The translations under genes and the position numbers were made by a program. From the IMG/VR virus record IMGVR_UViG_3300009529_000008: a DNA stretch of 64,000 nt, one strand, 5' to 3'. The notes under the pieces are model-generated. The model ran no database searches. It saw only the letters and a program-made list of their open reading frames with translations, and was not told the DNA's origin. The stretch comes from an uncultured virus (IMG/VR IMGVR_UViG_3300009529_000008) (taxonomy: Duplodnaviria > Heunggongvirae > Uroviricota > Caudoviricetes). Position 1 is the first letter of the stretch, and every line of letters begins with the position of its first letter. This document shows, in pieces, positions 39,801 to 48,733 of this stretch.

Positions 39801-41232
39801 TGAAAAAGTAATAACAGGAATTTCAACTAAAGTAAAAACAAGTGAAGTATTTAGAGGTATGAAATATACACCTAAACTTAAATCCAAATTATTTGAAGGA
39901 CATCCAAAAGGTGATAAAAGTATAATTTCAGGTGGAACTGATAGATTACAATTTCATCATATCGTTAAAACAGGTAAGGGTGAAACAGGTGTTTTAATGA
40001 CTTATAAAGAACATTTAGCTATTGAAACTGCAATGGGTCGTCTTGGTCCAGTAATTGGAAAGGATACCTTATTTTATAAACTATTCAGAGAAAGGGTATC
40101 CCTTACACCAAAAGAGATTCAAGATATAATTAAATACGGAAAATCGAAACAGGTTCGTAACGAAATTAATTATATTTTAAAGGAAATAGAAATAAGAGAA
40201 ACTGGCTTTGATATTGGAAGAGGAATAACAGAAATTTCAAAAGAAGGACTTTCTATTGGAACTAAAGTAAAAGAAGGTGTAATTATTAGAGGAAAAGGAT
40301 ATTTAGTTCCCGAACACGGAGGGCGGTTTAAGGATATAACAGACTATTACTTTGCAGAAAAGACAAATATAGCTGGATTGAAACATAGAGGTAAATTACT
40401 TGATGCAAAAAGAGCTGATGCACATTTAGAGAAATGGACTGATGCTTGGGGTATAGAAATTGCAAAAAGAGTTAGAGATGCATATACAGATGTAATAAAG
40501 AAAGAAGGGGAGAAAGTATTTTTGGGTACTTTTGGTGAAGAAAAACCAGTTTTTGGTTTCGGGTTACAGAACATTGCAGAACAAATAAAAGGTGTATCGT
40601 ATCCCCCAGCAGCAGTTTCAAGTGCTGTTCCTTCCGCTTTTCAATCGGCACTTGTATTACCGTATAAATCTCCGTACATGCCCTCTTATGGAAAAATCGA
40701 AAGAGCCTCTGTTAGTCCTTCTCTCTCGGTATCAATGTCTAAAAAAATATCACCTTTTTTATCAATGAGTATATCTGCGAGTAGGTCACCCACATCACCT
40801 TCAATATCACATATTACATCCCCCAGTACAAGTTTATCTATTGCACTCTCAATTTCACCATATATCTCACCAAAAATATCTCCAAATATTTCTCTATCAC
40901 CATCACCCTATATATCACCGAGTATTAGTCCGTCTCCTTCACCGTCTCCTTCACCGTCTCCTTCACCGTCTCCTTCACCGTATATACAACCATATCCACC
41001 TGGAAAATCGTTATTTATATCATATCCATATCCGTATCCCAAGAAGAAAGAGAAAGAGAAAGCAAAAAAGAAGAAACAATGGGAATGGTTGGAAGAGTTT
41101 ATGGTACAACGTCCGACCGAGCTTCATTTTGGTGCAATTGAATCAGGCATCCCAAAAATATCAAAAGTTACAATGTTACCACAAATAACAATGGCAGATA
41201 CAATACCTAAAAGGAAAAAAGGAAAAGTTTAA
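36802..41232 (+). CDS. Large polyvalent protein: basic/Pro-rich N-terminus, Gly-rich hydrophobic hairpin, two nucleotidyltransferase domains (second with an HNH-like insert), SP repeat, K-rich tail
   Basis: YVAGS...ADTDIY...VDML...K..K...D; LYGS...RDIDVH...FDIH...Q..RKF...RFKD..D; QFHHI...EH. Confidence 0.75.
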   Translation: MVWYDPRTWTTQIRQAHRQPTRTSQRLAQRQTEWWRTHITPHQPTPTQEKRTLQEMSGGRLTIPSIMSMTRKKRIPISVEPFRKREISIKREKPKPKPKPIFVPHKPETYRPSPTTPTKPSKPTISPGRMGLTVGAQAVLPFLKEKVPPTIKQIKSKIGSIGIYSTTFGYVKPSEVSKLLAVPSKEPPKFRDILFEPAKVHTKIKTTLLTGAEVITGRVWKEKVVAPVISGYKKYKTWEEKRIGIPTTKLPSKDLKETYQKEYVPPLREPLEKIFETVFGKERFARMQEEFKPKEGIDPYAITPTTLREAGRRYTRLVSEPVHTLMGGKRQVDIIRQEKTVSETHRATQDLIKPEWTKPSGEIILPVKPSQEIVDWSNKWKPYIKGETFTGTEEQFNEYQSEFEKYYTKKNGEYYPKDKYVEYTPEAQKYVTAYETYETEQAKLEGMPEPHVARRFGMGAGTMIASLPGFLVFEAPRIAVETIIKPTVAPGKLTEYGKGMVEFAKVKPVEFTGSITAMWGLGGFRVPGGRFKIQKAKMPSGAVSYSAGFLRTKKTSILGKPAYQEFYAGPTFTYKLPKTVTREPLEFGKPIVGEAEIVVAFAKVNEGYVAGSRGIYYQMPKGTVRYGADTDIYFAGKTRPQIRTLADKLQSQLGKNYEVRISKGGNAQIYNKTTGKQVVDMLTRKVGQDKIVIKNDIPLRDYKQILRDKRAIVKHVSKSDPKYKKAVTDLTKTEEAIKKGEYKIRTERGVSFKRYPVTSYKQLFGAEKGKWLPESPFETKILRKISGVEEPLIVEARGTRFFTIRSKVAAKEVKSGIIEILEREKVPNPSKVADVIIRDLKKYNAELYGSLIQQQAGKAIGKPGLGRVARDIDVHVTGMEEFAEVVVESINRAAGRKVIKVKVDIHGKTPTMIKSGEKLFDIHSKEVPGYKYGEEFLGWGLSAEKMVKTKEGLKGITLSEQASRKFRGAVQVRSEPFYIIEGINPKTGALEIMLKPARLVEKVITGISTKVKTSEVFRGMKYTPKLKSKLFEGHPKGDKSIISGGTDRLQFHHIVKTGKGETGVLMTYKEHLAIETAMGRLGPVIGKDTLFYKLFRERVSLTPKEIQDIIKYGKSKQVRNEINYILKEIEIRETGFDIGRGITEISKEGLSIGTKVKEGVIIRGKGYLVPEHGGRFKDITDYYFAEKTNIAGLKHRGKLLDAKRADAHLEKWTDAWGIEIAKRVRDAYTDVIKKEGEKVFLGTFGEEKPVFGFGLQNIAEQIKGVSYPPAAVSSAVPSAFQSALVLPYKSPYMPSYGKIERASVSPSLSVSMSKKISPFLSMSISASRSPTSPSISHITSPSTSLSIALSISPYISPKISPNISLSPSPYISPSISPSPSPSPSPSPSPSPSPYIQPYPPGKSLFISYPYPYPKKKEKEKAKKKKQWEWLEEFMVQRPTELHFGAIESGIPKISKVTMLPQITMADTIPKRKKGKV
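40930..40980 (+). repeat. 12-bp tandem repeat (CCGTCTCCTTCA x4.25) encoding a Pro-Ser run
   Basis: Seen directly in sequence. Confidence 0.95.
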
Positions 41233-41312
41233 CTTATGAGCCAAGAAATCCCCTTCCGAAAGGTGGGGATTTCTTGGCTCCCTTGTTATCTTTCTATTCT
41301 ATGCATATCTAT

Positions 41313-41351
41313 AAAAAGCAACAAAAATAGAAAAGCTTATATAGGAATATC
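41313..41351 (+). repeat. 39-bp direct repeat, copy 1 (copy 2 at 42176-42214)
   Basis: AAAAAGCAACAAAAATAGAAAAGCTTATATAGGAATATC identical twice; contains a BRE/TATA-like AAAAGCTTATATA. Confidence 0.95.
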
Positions 41352-41491
41352 ATTAACTAACACTGATATAATATCTAATAAAGTCATCACAGGCGGAACT
41401 CCCTTATCTTTTAATACATATCAAGTTATCATAAAGGAAATATCAACAGAAACAATATTAGTAAATCAGCAAATTCAAATCACATGAAAAA

Positions 41492-42073
41492 ATGAAAAAA
41501 TATATAGCAATAGGAATAGCAGTTTTGGTAGGGTTAAGTTTATTGATAAACGGTGTTTGTGCAATAGAACCCATTGAATTATGGAAAGTGGATTACGATA
41601 CCTACACTGCTACTACGGGAACGCAAGGGTTTGAAACATCTTCATTTGCAGGATATCAAAATTCGATAATAATTGCAGGAACAGCACAAGCAAATACTGC
41701 TACTCCACAATTCAGTTTTCCAGATGTATGGTACACATTTAGATTTATTGTAAATGGTGTAGTCTTAACTGGATATAGATTTAGTGATGGATGGGATTTG
41801 CAACTTGTAACCGTAACATTTACGAATACAGACAGGCTGACATCGGGTTATGTTAGATTGGGAGTAGGTGCTGCGGATAGAGTATCCGTTTTTGATTACA
41901 TCCGCGTCCGCAAATATGCCTCGTCTGAGCCGAGTACAAATTTAGGAAGTGAAGATACGCGACTTATTCCAGTATGGACTATGACAGTTTGGACAGGCTT
42001 TCAGTTCTTTTTGCTGCCGTTGTATCCATTCATGCCTGCATCAATTGATCTCTTTCTCAAATTCCGATACTGA
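41492..42073 (+). CDS. Chimeric secreted-protein fragment (signal peptide plus DUF2341-like C-terminal piece), probably scrambled
   Basis: Signal peptide similar to that of the 44377 gene; DYIRVRKYASSEP...GSE; tail derived from an antisense gene fragment. Confidence 0.45.
   Translation: MKKYIAIGIAVLVGLSLLINGVCAIEPIELWKVDYDTYTATTGTQGFETSSFAGYQNSIIIAGTAQANTATPQFSFPDVWYTFRFIVNGVVLTGYRFSDGWDLQLVTVTFTNTDRLTSGYVRLGVGAADRVSVFDYIRVRKYASSEPSTNLGSEDTRLIPVWTMTVWTGFQFFLLPLYPFMPASIDLFLKFRY
41942..42040 (-). pseudogene. Fragment of an archaeal small Zn-ribbon protein
   Basis: CRHEWIQR......CPNCHSPYWNKSR preceded by an in-frame stop; first Cys missing. Confidence 0.6.
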
Positions 42074-42229
42074 ATCTTGCCACCCACCTTTCATTACTCT
42101 CATTCCCATTACAATAGTATGTCCTTTTGTAGGATAACTTTTTTTCCACGAAGGGTATAGTTTCCAAAGGTCAGCAAAAAGCAACAAAAATAGAAAAGCT
42201 TATATAGGAATATCTATAATATACTAACT

Positions 42230-42364
42230 ATGACCTATAAACTTGATATGTTTTGGTCTCGTTCCTATTTCCTCGCTACTACCGAGCAGGTAACTTTAGA
42301 CCAATTGAAGAAATATGTGGAATCACAAGGAGAGAAGAAAAAGAGAAATGCAAACAACCTATAA
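42230..42364 (+). pseudogene. tnpA: Internally deleted IS200-type Y1 transposase (44 aa)
   Basis: MTYKLD fused to [27 protein letters not shown] motif absent. Confidence 0.85.
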
Positions 42365-43478
42365 ATTTCGGATGTACCCTGCAAAGGAAGATGAAAAGAA
42401 GTTGTTATTTGTGTTAGAAATATGCAGATTGCTCTACAATTCCTTCCTGGCTATCTGGAATGATAGTGATAAGATTCCTTCCCGATACAAGTTGCAGGCG
42501 ATGCTGCCCGTGATGAAAGGGGAGAAGGAAAGACTGAAAAAGGTAAATTCAAAAACGCTACAAATGGTACTGTTCATGCTGTACAACAATCTGAAGGCAT
42601 TGCGCGAGCTGAAGAAGAAAGGCAGAAAAGTGGGTAAGTTGCGCTATAAGAAATACGGTAAAATCAAAAGTTTCATCCTCAACCAGTCAGGATTCAAAGT
42701 AATCATGACAGGCAATAGGCTCGACAATCTCTATATATCCAAAGTAGGGGACATTCCAATGCGAATTCACCGGGAGATAGAGGGGAAGATAAAACAGGTG
42801 ATTGTAAAGCAGTACAAATCGGGGGAATGGTACGCATTGATTTCGGTGGATAAAGAAGTTTCGGTAATAATGAGGACAATAGAGAAAGTTATTGGGTTAG
42901 ATGTGGGAATAAAATTCTTCCTTTCTGATAGCGATGGCAGGCAGATAGAGAATCCAAAATTCTATAAGAAAACGCTGGAGCGGATAAGAATAGAGCAGCG
43001 AAAACTATCACGCAAGAAGAAAGGTTCGCAGAACCGTAAGAAAGAGATTCTGTGGGTAGCAAAGCTACATCAGCGACTGACAAATCAGCGTGATGATTTC
43101 CTACACAAGCTGTCACGATTCTATGTGGATAACTATGACCTGATAGCAATTGAGGATTTGAATATAAAAGGAATGACGAAGAATCATCACCTTGCACAGT
43201 CAATATTAGATGCTTCGTGGAGCAAGTTCTTTAGGATGCTGGAGACCAAAGCTGAAATAGCTGGCTCTTTGGTATCTAAGATAAACCCACGGGGCACATC
43301 GAAAGAGCATAAATACGGCATGGAAATAGACAGGGATTATAATGCAAGTATAAACATACTCGAAAGAGGATTGACGGGGCAGGGACTGCCCTTTGTGCCT
43401 TCTGAGGTGGAACCACTACGGGAGTTGATACCAATTTCCGCAAGTTCTATCGTTGAAGTAGGAAACTCCCTGCGATAG
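42348..43478 (+). CDS. tnpB: TnpB RNA-guided nuclease (IS605 type, zinc finger absent)
   Basis: YKFRMYP, GLDVGI, IAIEDL.IKGM, P.GTS, DRD.NAS.NI. Confidence 0.93.
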   Translation: MQTTYKFRMYPAKEDEKKLLFVLEICRLLYNSFLAIWNDSDKIPSRYKLQAMLPVMKGEKERLKKVNSKTLQMVLFMLYNNLKALRELKKKGRKVGKLRYKKYGKIKSFILNQSGFKVIMTGNRLDNLYISKVGDIPMRIHREIEGKIKQVIVKQYKSGEWYALISVDKEVSVIMRTIEKVIGLDVGIKFFLSDSDGRQIENPKFYKKTLERIRIEQRKLSRKKKGSQNRKKEILWVAKLHQRLTNQRDDFLHKLSRFYVDNYDLIAIEDLNIKGMTKNHHLAQSILDASWSKFFRMLETKAEIAGSLVSKINPRGTSKEHKYGMEIDRDYNASINILERGLTGQGLPFVPSEVEPLRELIPISASSIVEVGNSLR

Positions 43479-43513
43479 CTGGAGGTAGTTCACATAGGAA
43501 GAAAACAATAGGA
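43370..43513 (+). ncRNA. Predicted TnpB reRNA (scaffold to TCAC at 43493, guide 43494-43513)
   Basis: Known IS605 right-end architecture; exact 5' boundary uncertain. Confidence 0.55.
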
Positions 43514-43528
43514 ATAAAGAACGAAAAA

Positions 43529-43822
43529 ATGAAGTTTATAAGTGATAAAAGGGGACTTGCAAGTGCATTAGTATATGCAATGTTTGTAGTTATAGTTATA
43601 GCTGTATTGTACATGAGTTTAGGTGTAGGTGTCAGTTTAGTAGTCGAAATGGCAAATCAGTTTGCAGTTGAAGGTATAATTGCACCTATTATTTTAGACA
43701 CGATAAATTGGACTGTAAAATTCTGGGCATGGTTCCCCATCCTCATACTCATCGCGGCCGGCTTATATGTTATCCGGCGTGCAATCCGGCGTGGTACTTA
43801 TTCCGGGAGTGATGAATTCTAA
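43529..43822 (+). CDS. Two-TM protein with class III-like leader (DKRG/L), possible minor virion protein
   Basis: MKFISDKRG then a hydrophobic helix, spacer, second helix and basic tail. Confidence 0.6.
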   Translation: MKFISDKRGLASALVYAMFVVIVIAVLYMSLGVGVSLVVEMANQFAVEGIIAPIILDTINWTVKFWAWFPILILIAAGLYVIRRAIRRGTYSGSDEF

Positions 43823-43851
43823 AATTAGAGGAAATTAGGAGGACAATATAA

Positions 43852-44127
43852 ATGGAAAAAGAAAAGAAGAAAGAGAATTTAGAAACAAAAGAAACAGAAA
43901 ACGAACTGACCGAAGATTCAGTAACATATCAAATAGCAACAAGTATTGAATGGATAGAAGGTTTAATGCAAAGAATACAACAATCATTAATTAGCAACAC
44001 CCCGCTGATTATGTGCAAGAAGGATTTGGATGCTCTGGATTTTCAGATATTAGTAGCGACTTGTGTAGAACCGAAATTGGTATTAGCGAAGATAGAAGAG
44101 ATAAAAGAAAAAATACCTGAAGAGTAA
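43852..44127 (+). CDS. Hypothetical protein
   Basis: GGAGGA SD. Confidence 0.55.
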   Translation: MEKEKKKENLETKETENELTEDSVTYQIATSIEWIEGLMQRIQQSLISNTPLIMCKKDLDALDFQILVATCVEPKLVLAKIEEIKEKIPEE

Positions 44128-44132
44128 ATAAA

Positions 44133-44384
44133 ATGTTTGAACCTTTTGACGAAACTGAATTTGAAGCACAATTATCATTGAAAAGAAGAAAGAAAATACG
44201 AACCGGACATAGTACCATATATGCACAGTTATCAAAGATGCCCGAAATGCAAAACATAATCGTAACTCAAAGGGAGTTAGGAGCAATGCAAAGAAGGATG
44301 GAACGGCAATACAACCGTATCTTATCCGAAAGCGAATTAGAAGTGATAGTTAGAGTGGAGAAAACTAAAAGGGTGTTTGGTTAA
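44133..44384 (+). CDS. Hypothetical protein
   Basis: Coupled ORF. Confidence 0.5.
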   Translation: MFEPFDETEFEAQLSLKRRKKIRTGHSTIYAQLSKMPEMQNIIVTQRELGAMQRRMERQYNRILSESELEVIVRVEKTKRVFG

Positions 44385-47355
44385 GAAGATGAACAAAAAA
44401 AGATTAATGTGGATAGGAATAGTAGTTTTGGTGGTGTTGAGTTTATTAATTGGTGGTGTTAATGCGTTATGTGATAATGTGCAGAATCATCCAAGTAATA
44501 ACTTAATTCTTTATTATGAGAATGAAATTTGTACCGCTCCTTGGGAAGATGCATCAACGTATGCAGGAGGAGGATTAGGGAATGCTCATGTTTCTATATC
44601 CAATTATCCGTATACAGATACCAAAGCCATACAATTTTATGGATGGGTTTATTCTGGACCAACAGCCAAATGGGCAAAACCAGCAATAAAAAACATAAAT
44701 CCTGAATTAATTACTCGTTTTTCTTGTGTCCCTCGTAGCAGTCCGGATCATGTTTCAATATGTTTGTATAACATTTCAAATGTGGAAATTAACTGTTCAA
44801 ATGATATGCATACTTATATAAAAGCGAATGATTACTGCACTTTTTTAAAATCAGGAAATGTATTTGCGTTATATGTGAATGGAACATATATTACGGATAT
44901 TGGAGGTACTTACAATGAAGATGCGTATTATATAAAATTTGCAGGTCGTTATGACACAATTTATCCAGGAGGGGAAACTTATTATGATGATTTTTCAATA
45001 ATTGGAAATGTAGTAGGTACACTTGAACATACTTCTGTTGTGGAACGAAATGTAGATAACCCTGCTTCAAGTACAGATTTTATCAATACTTCTTATACAT
45101 GGAAAACAAGAGAAGCAGGTGTTCCGTTAGACCCTGCTGATTCTTTAATAACCAAATATGCAAAAACTGGCGAAATAGTGAATACAACCGTACCAAACGT
45201 AAGTAAACCATGTGGAATAATAACATACAACATAAGCGATATGCTTTACCACGACAATTGGCAAGATGACAATTACGGTTATTATTACCAAGAGTTAAAG
45301 CGTGGTGGTGAGGTTTTAGCAACCGATTATTTCTTCTATATGTATGTAGTAAGTGGTGCATCAACGGCGACAATAAACTGGGATAAGGATAGTTATGTAA
45401 GCGGAGATAGTGCAGAAGTTAGCTGGTCTATTACTGATTCGGATTTTACGGATTATACCTATAAAGGAAGCGTATGGGGTTTAACTGACCCAACTACTGT
45501 AAAATATACCTGGGCTATAACATCAGCAAGCGGAACGGAAAATGTAGATTTGAGTGATTACGAAACAGATACCTATTTTGTTGTGTTAACAATGCGAGAT
45601 AAATCAACGGGACACGAATATGACATAGCAGGAGATACAATGGCTTTGAACGAAGAAATATTAATAGAAGGCATAACCTATAACGCAGAAACCGAAGCAA
45701 TTTTAGGCACTGTAAACACTTCCTTCTTACAGAGCACACAATATTATAATGCTACTTCAAATACTTCAACGGGAGAATACAACGTAAGTGGTTTAAGCGT
45801 AGATATTGAAACTGATGTAAATGCAACTAAAACAAATTACACACATAACGATTTTTCGTTTACACCTTTACAAGTAGATTTATACGAAATGGATATTTTC
45901 ATGCTTCCTGATATTGACCATATAACTTACCACAACACTTCAATCGGAGGGTTAGTGCAATCATATCCTTTTTATCAAAATGTAAGCGGAGCAACGGTAA
46001 ATTTATGGAATGTTTCTTGGAATACTTCAACAACTGCAAATTCAATGGGATATTACATATTTGAGAATTTGACCAATGGCACATATTCAATAAATGCAAC
46101 CTGTGAAAGCTATTTAGCAAGTGAAAACGAAGAAATAGAAACGAATAACGGTAGCTTCCTTTATCATTATATCTTACTACAACCTCAATTTATCTTAACT
46201 GTTAAAGCACACGATGCAAGTACCCACGCAACTATAATGGGTTTTACCGCAATTGTTAATGATGACACGGTAAAAGAGACAACAAACGGCTCAATTACTT
46301 TTACTGTTGGTTATGGTACTCAGAAAGTAGAAACAAATGCAGAAGGATTTTATGCTTCATTAGAATATGTTTATACGGATAAAAATACCGAAAAAATAAT
46401 GTATTTGACACCGTTGGAAAGTGCTGGTGGTACTGGAACTTATTACCCTCCTCCACATTTAGTCGAATTTAAGGTAATGAATATTCAGGGTATTCCATAC
46501 AGCAATGTAGATGTAACAGCAATTGGTATTGAAACAACAATGACCACATGGGATAAAATTAAATCACTTTTTGGAATAGGGAACATAATGATTCTAAACG
46601 AAACAATGTCTGGCACAACCGATTCAAACGGTGGTATCTCTTTTTGGATGCTTGAAGTGGTAAAATATGAAATGACCTTTACTAAGGCAAGTGAAGGCAT
46701 AAATGAAACATTATATATCTACCCCAAAGAAGACCATTATAAAGTCATAATCGGTGATACGGAATGGGTTGAAACTACTTCCATGTGGGATGTAGTGAAC
46801 TACTCTATTCTAATTAATGATATACCAGGAAATGATACACACTCATATATTAACTTTAGCTATGTTGATTTAAACAATGTAACATCAGAACTTTACTATT
46901 TTATCAACCAGACAAATGGAACTAATTCATCTAATATATACAATCATACTTACACAGATGGCGACTGTGCGAATATTTTTGATAGTTATGAAGTAGAGAG
47001 AGGGGAAGCATATATAATTGGCTTTGTAGCTGATAATGATGATTATGGCGAAATAAAATACTCGATAACCATAAGAATTTTTGAAAAAGATAAACGTCTT
47101 TTAGAATTTGAATCCGTACCCGATTATATGTACACTTATATATCGGTTGGATTAATATGTTTAATTGCAGCATTTTTTGGAGTAATAACCGTTCCAGAAG
47201 GCAGTATAGTTGTAGTTTTATCAGGTTGGATTACATGGTATCTCGGATGGTTTTTATGGTTAAACCCCTTAGCCCCGTTATACCTTACCGTTGCCACAGT
47301 TTTTGCAGTGCTTATAATTTTTACTAACAAAGGACGGCAGAAGGGGGTGAGCTAA
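44377..47355 (+). CDS. Large secreted, membrane-anchored glycoprotein (Ig/carboxypeptidase-regulatory-like repeats, 3 C-terminal TM), candidate adhesin or tail protein
   Basis: Signal peptide, many N-x-S/T sequons, GATV.L...T..N..GYY.F.NL..GTY.I.A, C-terminal TM helices. Confidence 0.75.
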   Translation: MVKKMNKKRLMWIGIVVLVVLSLLIGGVNALCDNVQNHPSNNLILYYENEICTAPWEDASTYAGGGLGNAHVSISNYPYTDTKAIQFYGWVYSGPTAKWAKPAIKNINPELITRFSCVPRSSPDHVSICLYNISNVEINCSNDMHTYIKANDYCTFLKSGNVFALYVNGTYITDIGGTYNEDAYYIKFAGRYDTIYPGGETYYDDFSIIGNVVGTLEHTSVVERNVDNPASSTDFINTSYTWKTREAGVPLDPADSLITKYAKTGEIVNTTVPNVSKPCGIITYNISDMLYHDNWQDDNYGYYYQELKRGGEVLATDYFFYMYVVSGASTATINWDKDSYVSGDSAEVSWSITDSDFTDYTYKGSVWGLTDPTTVKYTWAITSASGTENVDLSDYETDTYFVVLTMRDKSTGHEYDIAGDTMALNEEILIEGITYNAETEAILGTVNTSFLQSTQYYNATSNTSTGEYNVSGLSVDIETDVNATKTNYTHNDFSFTPLQVDLYEMDIFMLPDIDHITYHNTSIGGLVQSYPFYQNVSGATVNLWNVSWNTSTTANSMGYYIFENLTNGTYSINATCESYLASENEEIETNNGSFLYHYILLQPQFILTVKAHDASTHATIMGFTAIVNDDTVKETTNGSITFTVGYGTQKVETNAEGFYASLEYVYTDKNTEKIMYLTPLESAGGTGTYYPPPHLVEFKVMNIQGIPYSNVDVTAIGIETTMTTWDKIKSLFGIGNIMILNETMSGTTDSNGGISFWMLEVVKYEMTFTKASEGINETLYIYPKEDHYKVIIGDTEWVETTSMWDVVNYSILINDIPGNDTHSYINFSYVDLNNVTSELYYFINQTNGTNSSNIYNHTYTDGDCANIFDSYEVERGEAYIIGFVADNDDYGEIKYSITIRIFEKDKRLLEFESVPDYMYTYISVGLICLIAAFFGVITVPEGSIVVVLSGWITWYLGWFLWLNPLAPLYLTVATVFAVLIIFTNKGRQKGVS

Positions 47356-47363
47356 ACAAAAAA

Positions 47364-47768
47364 ATGAAATTCTACGAAGTTGCGGTGATATTATTCAGTA
47401 TGGGCTTAGCAATTGGTTTGATAAACTCTATGAATCTTTTTTCTGCAAGTCAAACCGTAGAAACGCCTTCTTTCGCAATAATAAAAGAAGGAAATATAAG
47501 CACGGGAATAGAAGCGGAAAAGCCAGGAGGTGGATTTTTAGATATGGTCTGGGGATTCAGTAAGGCAGTGGGATTCTTCATAGACGGCTTAAAATTCGCT
47601 ACATATCCGTATCCCACACTTGCATATACGTTTGGCGTGCCTTCAATGAATCATCCTAATGAGAATATGCGGATTCCTTTAGCTGAAACTTTACAAGCTT
47701 TAGTAACGTTTATTTATTTAATCGGTTTGGCATCCTTTTTAAGAGGATATTCAATAGAAAGGAGTTGA
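47364..47768 (+). CDS. Membrane protein, probable virion component
   Basis: N- and C-terminal hydrophobic helices; structural-module context. Confidence 0.6.
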   Translation: MKFYEVAVILFSMGLAIGLINSMNLFSASQTVETPSFAIIKEGNISTGIEAEKPGGGFLDMVWGFSKAVGFFIDGLKFATYPYPTLAYTFGVPSMNHPNENMRIPLAETLQALVTFIYLIGLASFLRGYSIERS

Positions 47769-47772
47769 AAAG

Positions 47773-48498
47773 ATGAAACAACACACAGAAACAGTGATAT
47801 TAGCAACAGTAGTTATTTCCGTACTGTTCTTACTTGGTGTAGTATGCTTAGTAGATGCAACACCACCCAATAAACCTTTTGACCCGGTGCCTTCGGGTGG
47901 TGCAATCAATATAGAACCACAAAATACCGTAATTAGTTGGAACTGCACACATCCTGATAGTGATAACATGACTTACAATATAAAATTCTATCGTAAGGAA
48001 TATAATATGCAGATGAAAGAATATGTATCAGAAAACCAGGAAGAGAAGTCGTGGAATCCACAAGTTATGTTTTATAACACTAAATACCGGTGGCAAATAA
48101 CAGCAATTGATGAAAATGGTACAACAAATACATCGGAGTTATGGAATTTTACCACAAGAGATTTAGGTGATGACACAATAGAGGATAAGAATTATTCCAA
48201 ACCATTTGAAGATACTTTTGGTACAATGAACTTTTCAATATTACAAATAAGTGATGGTGTACAAGCAATATATAATAACGCAATTCCTGCTGGTCTGTTT
48301 TATCTATTCATATTCGGAATGTTTTTTGTAGGCATATACATACAGCAAGGAGATATCGCAATTCCTGCAATATTGGGTATAATTCTATCACCAGCAATTT
48401 GGACTTTTGTACCTATTGAATATCAAGGAGTTACATATTGGTTGTTAGCTTTAAGTGTCTGTGGTATCTTAGCAGCAGTGTTCAAATCAAGAATGTAA
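47773..48498 (+). CDS. Secreted FN3-like domain plus 3 TM
   Basis: ISW...PD.D..TY.I...Y.WQI.A.D..G......W.FTT. Confidence 0.7.
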   Translation: MKQHTETVILATVVISVLFLLGVVCLVDATPPNKPFDPVPSGGAINIEPQNTVISWNCTHPDSDNMTYNIKFYRKEYNMQMKEYVSENQEEKSWNPQVMFYNTKYRWQITAIDENGTTNTSELWNFTTRDLGDDTIEDKNYSKPFEDTFGTMNFSILQISDGVQAIYNNAIPAGLFYLFIFGMFFVGIYIQQGDIAIPAILGIILSPAIWTFVPIEYQGVTYWLLALSVCGILAAVFKSRM

Positions 48499-48502
48499 AA
48501 AA

Positions 48503-48733
48503 ATGGAAAAAGAGAAAGAAGCGAATAACGAAAAGAGAAAGAAACAATACCCAACCTATCCGAAATGTGATGTGTTTATACCCGAAATACTTCTGCTAAA
48601 CACAAAAACATATTGTAAGATATGGAAATTGCATAACGTGAGCTTAGACGAAGCAATTGCACAACTTTCACGATTGAACGATTTAAAATTCAAGCAGAGC
48701 GGAGATAGTCAAAAAAGGAGGGAGAAAAAATGA
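48503..48733 (+). CDS. Hypothetical protein
   Basis: Coupled ORF. Confidence 0.45.
   Translation: MEKEKEANNEKRKKQYPTYPKCDVFIPEILLLNTKTYCKIWKLHNVSLDEAIAQLSRLNDLKFKQSGDSQKRREKK

Larger units (their letters stand above)
41233..43493 (+). mobile_element. IS200/IS605-family element with captured cargo, internally deleted tnpA and intact tnpB
   Basis: TTTAA at 41228-41232 then left-end hairpin GAGCCAAGAAATCCCC..GGGGATTTCTTGGCTC (41238-41280); right end ...GGAGGTAGTTCAC at 43493. Confidence 0.75.

Noticed and set aside
41236..41487. 83-aa ORF
   Set aside because: It runs through the IS left-end hairpin and promoter repeat; only the C-terminal piece looks like a captured gene fragment
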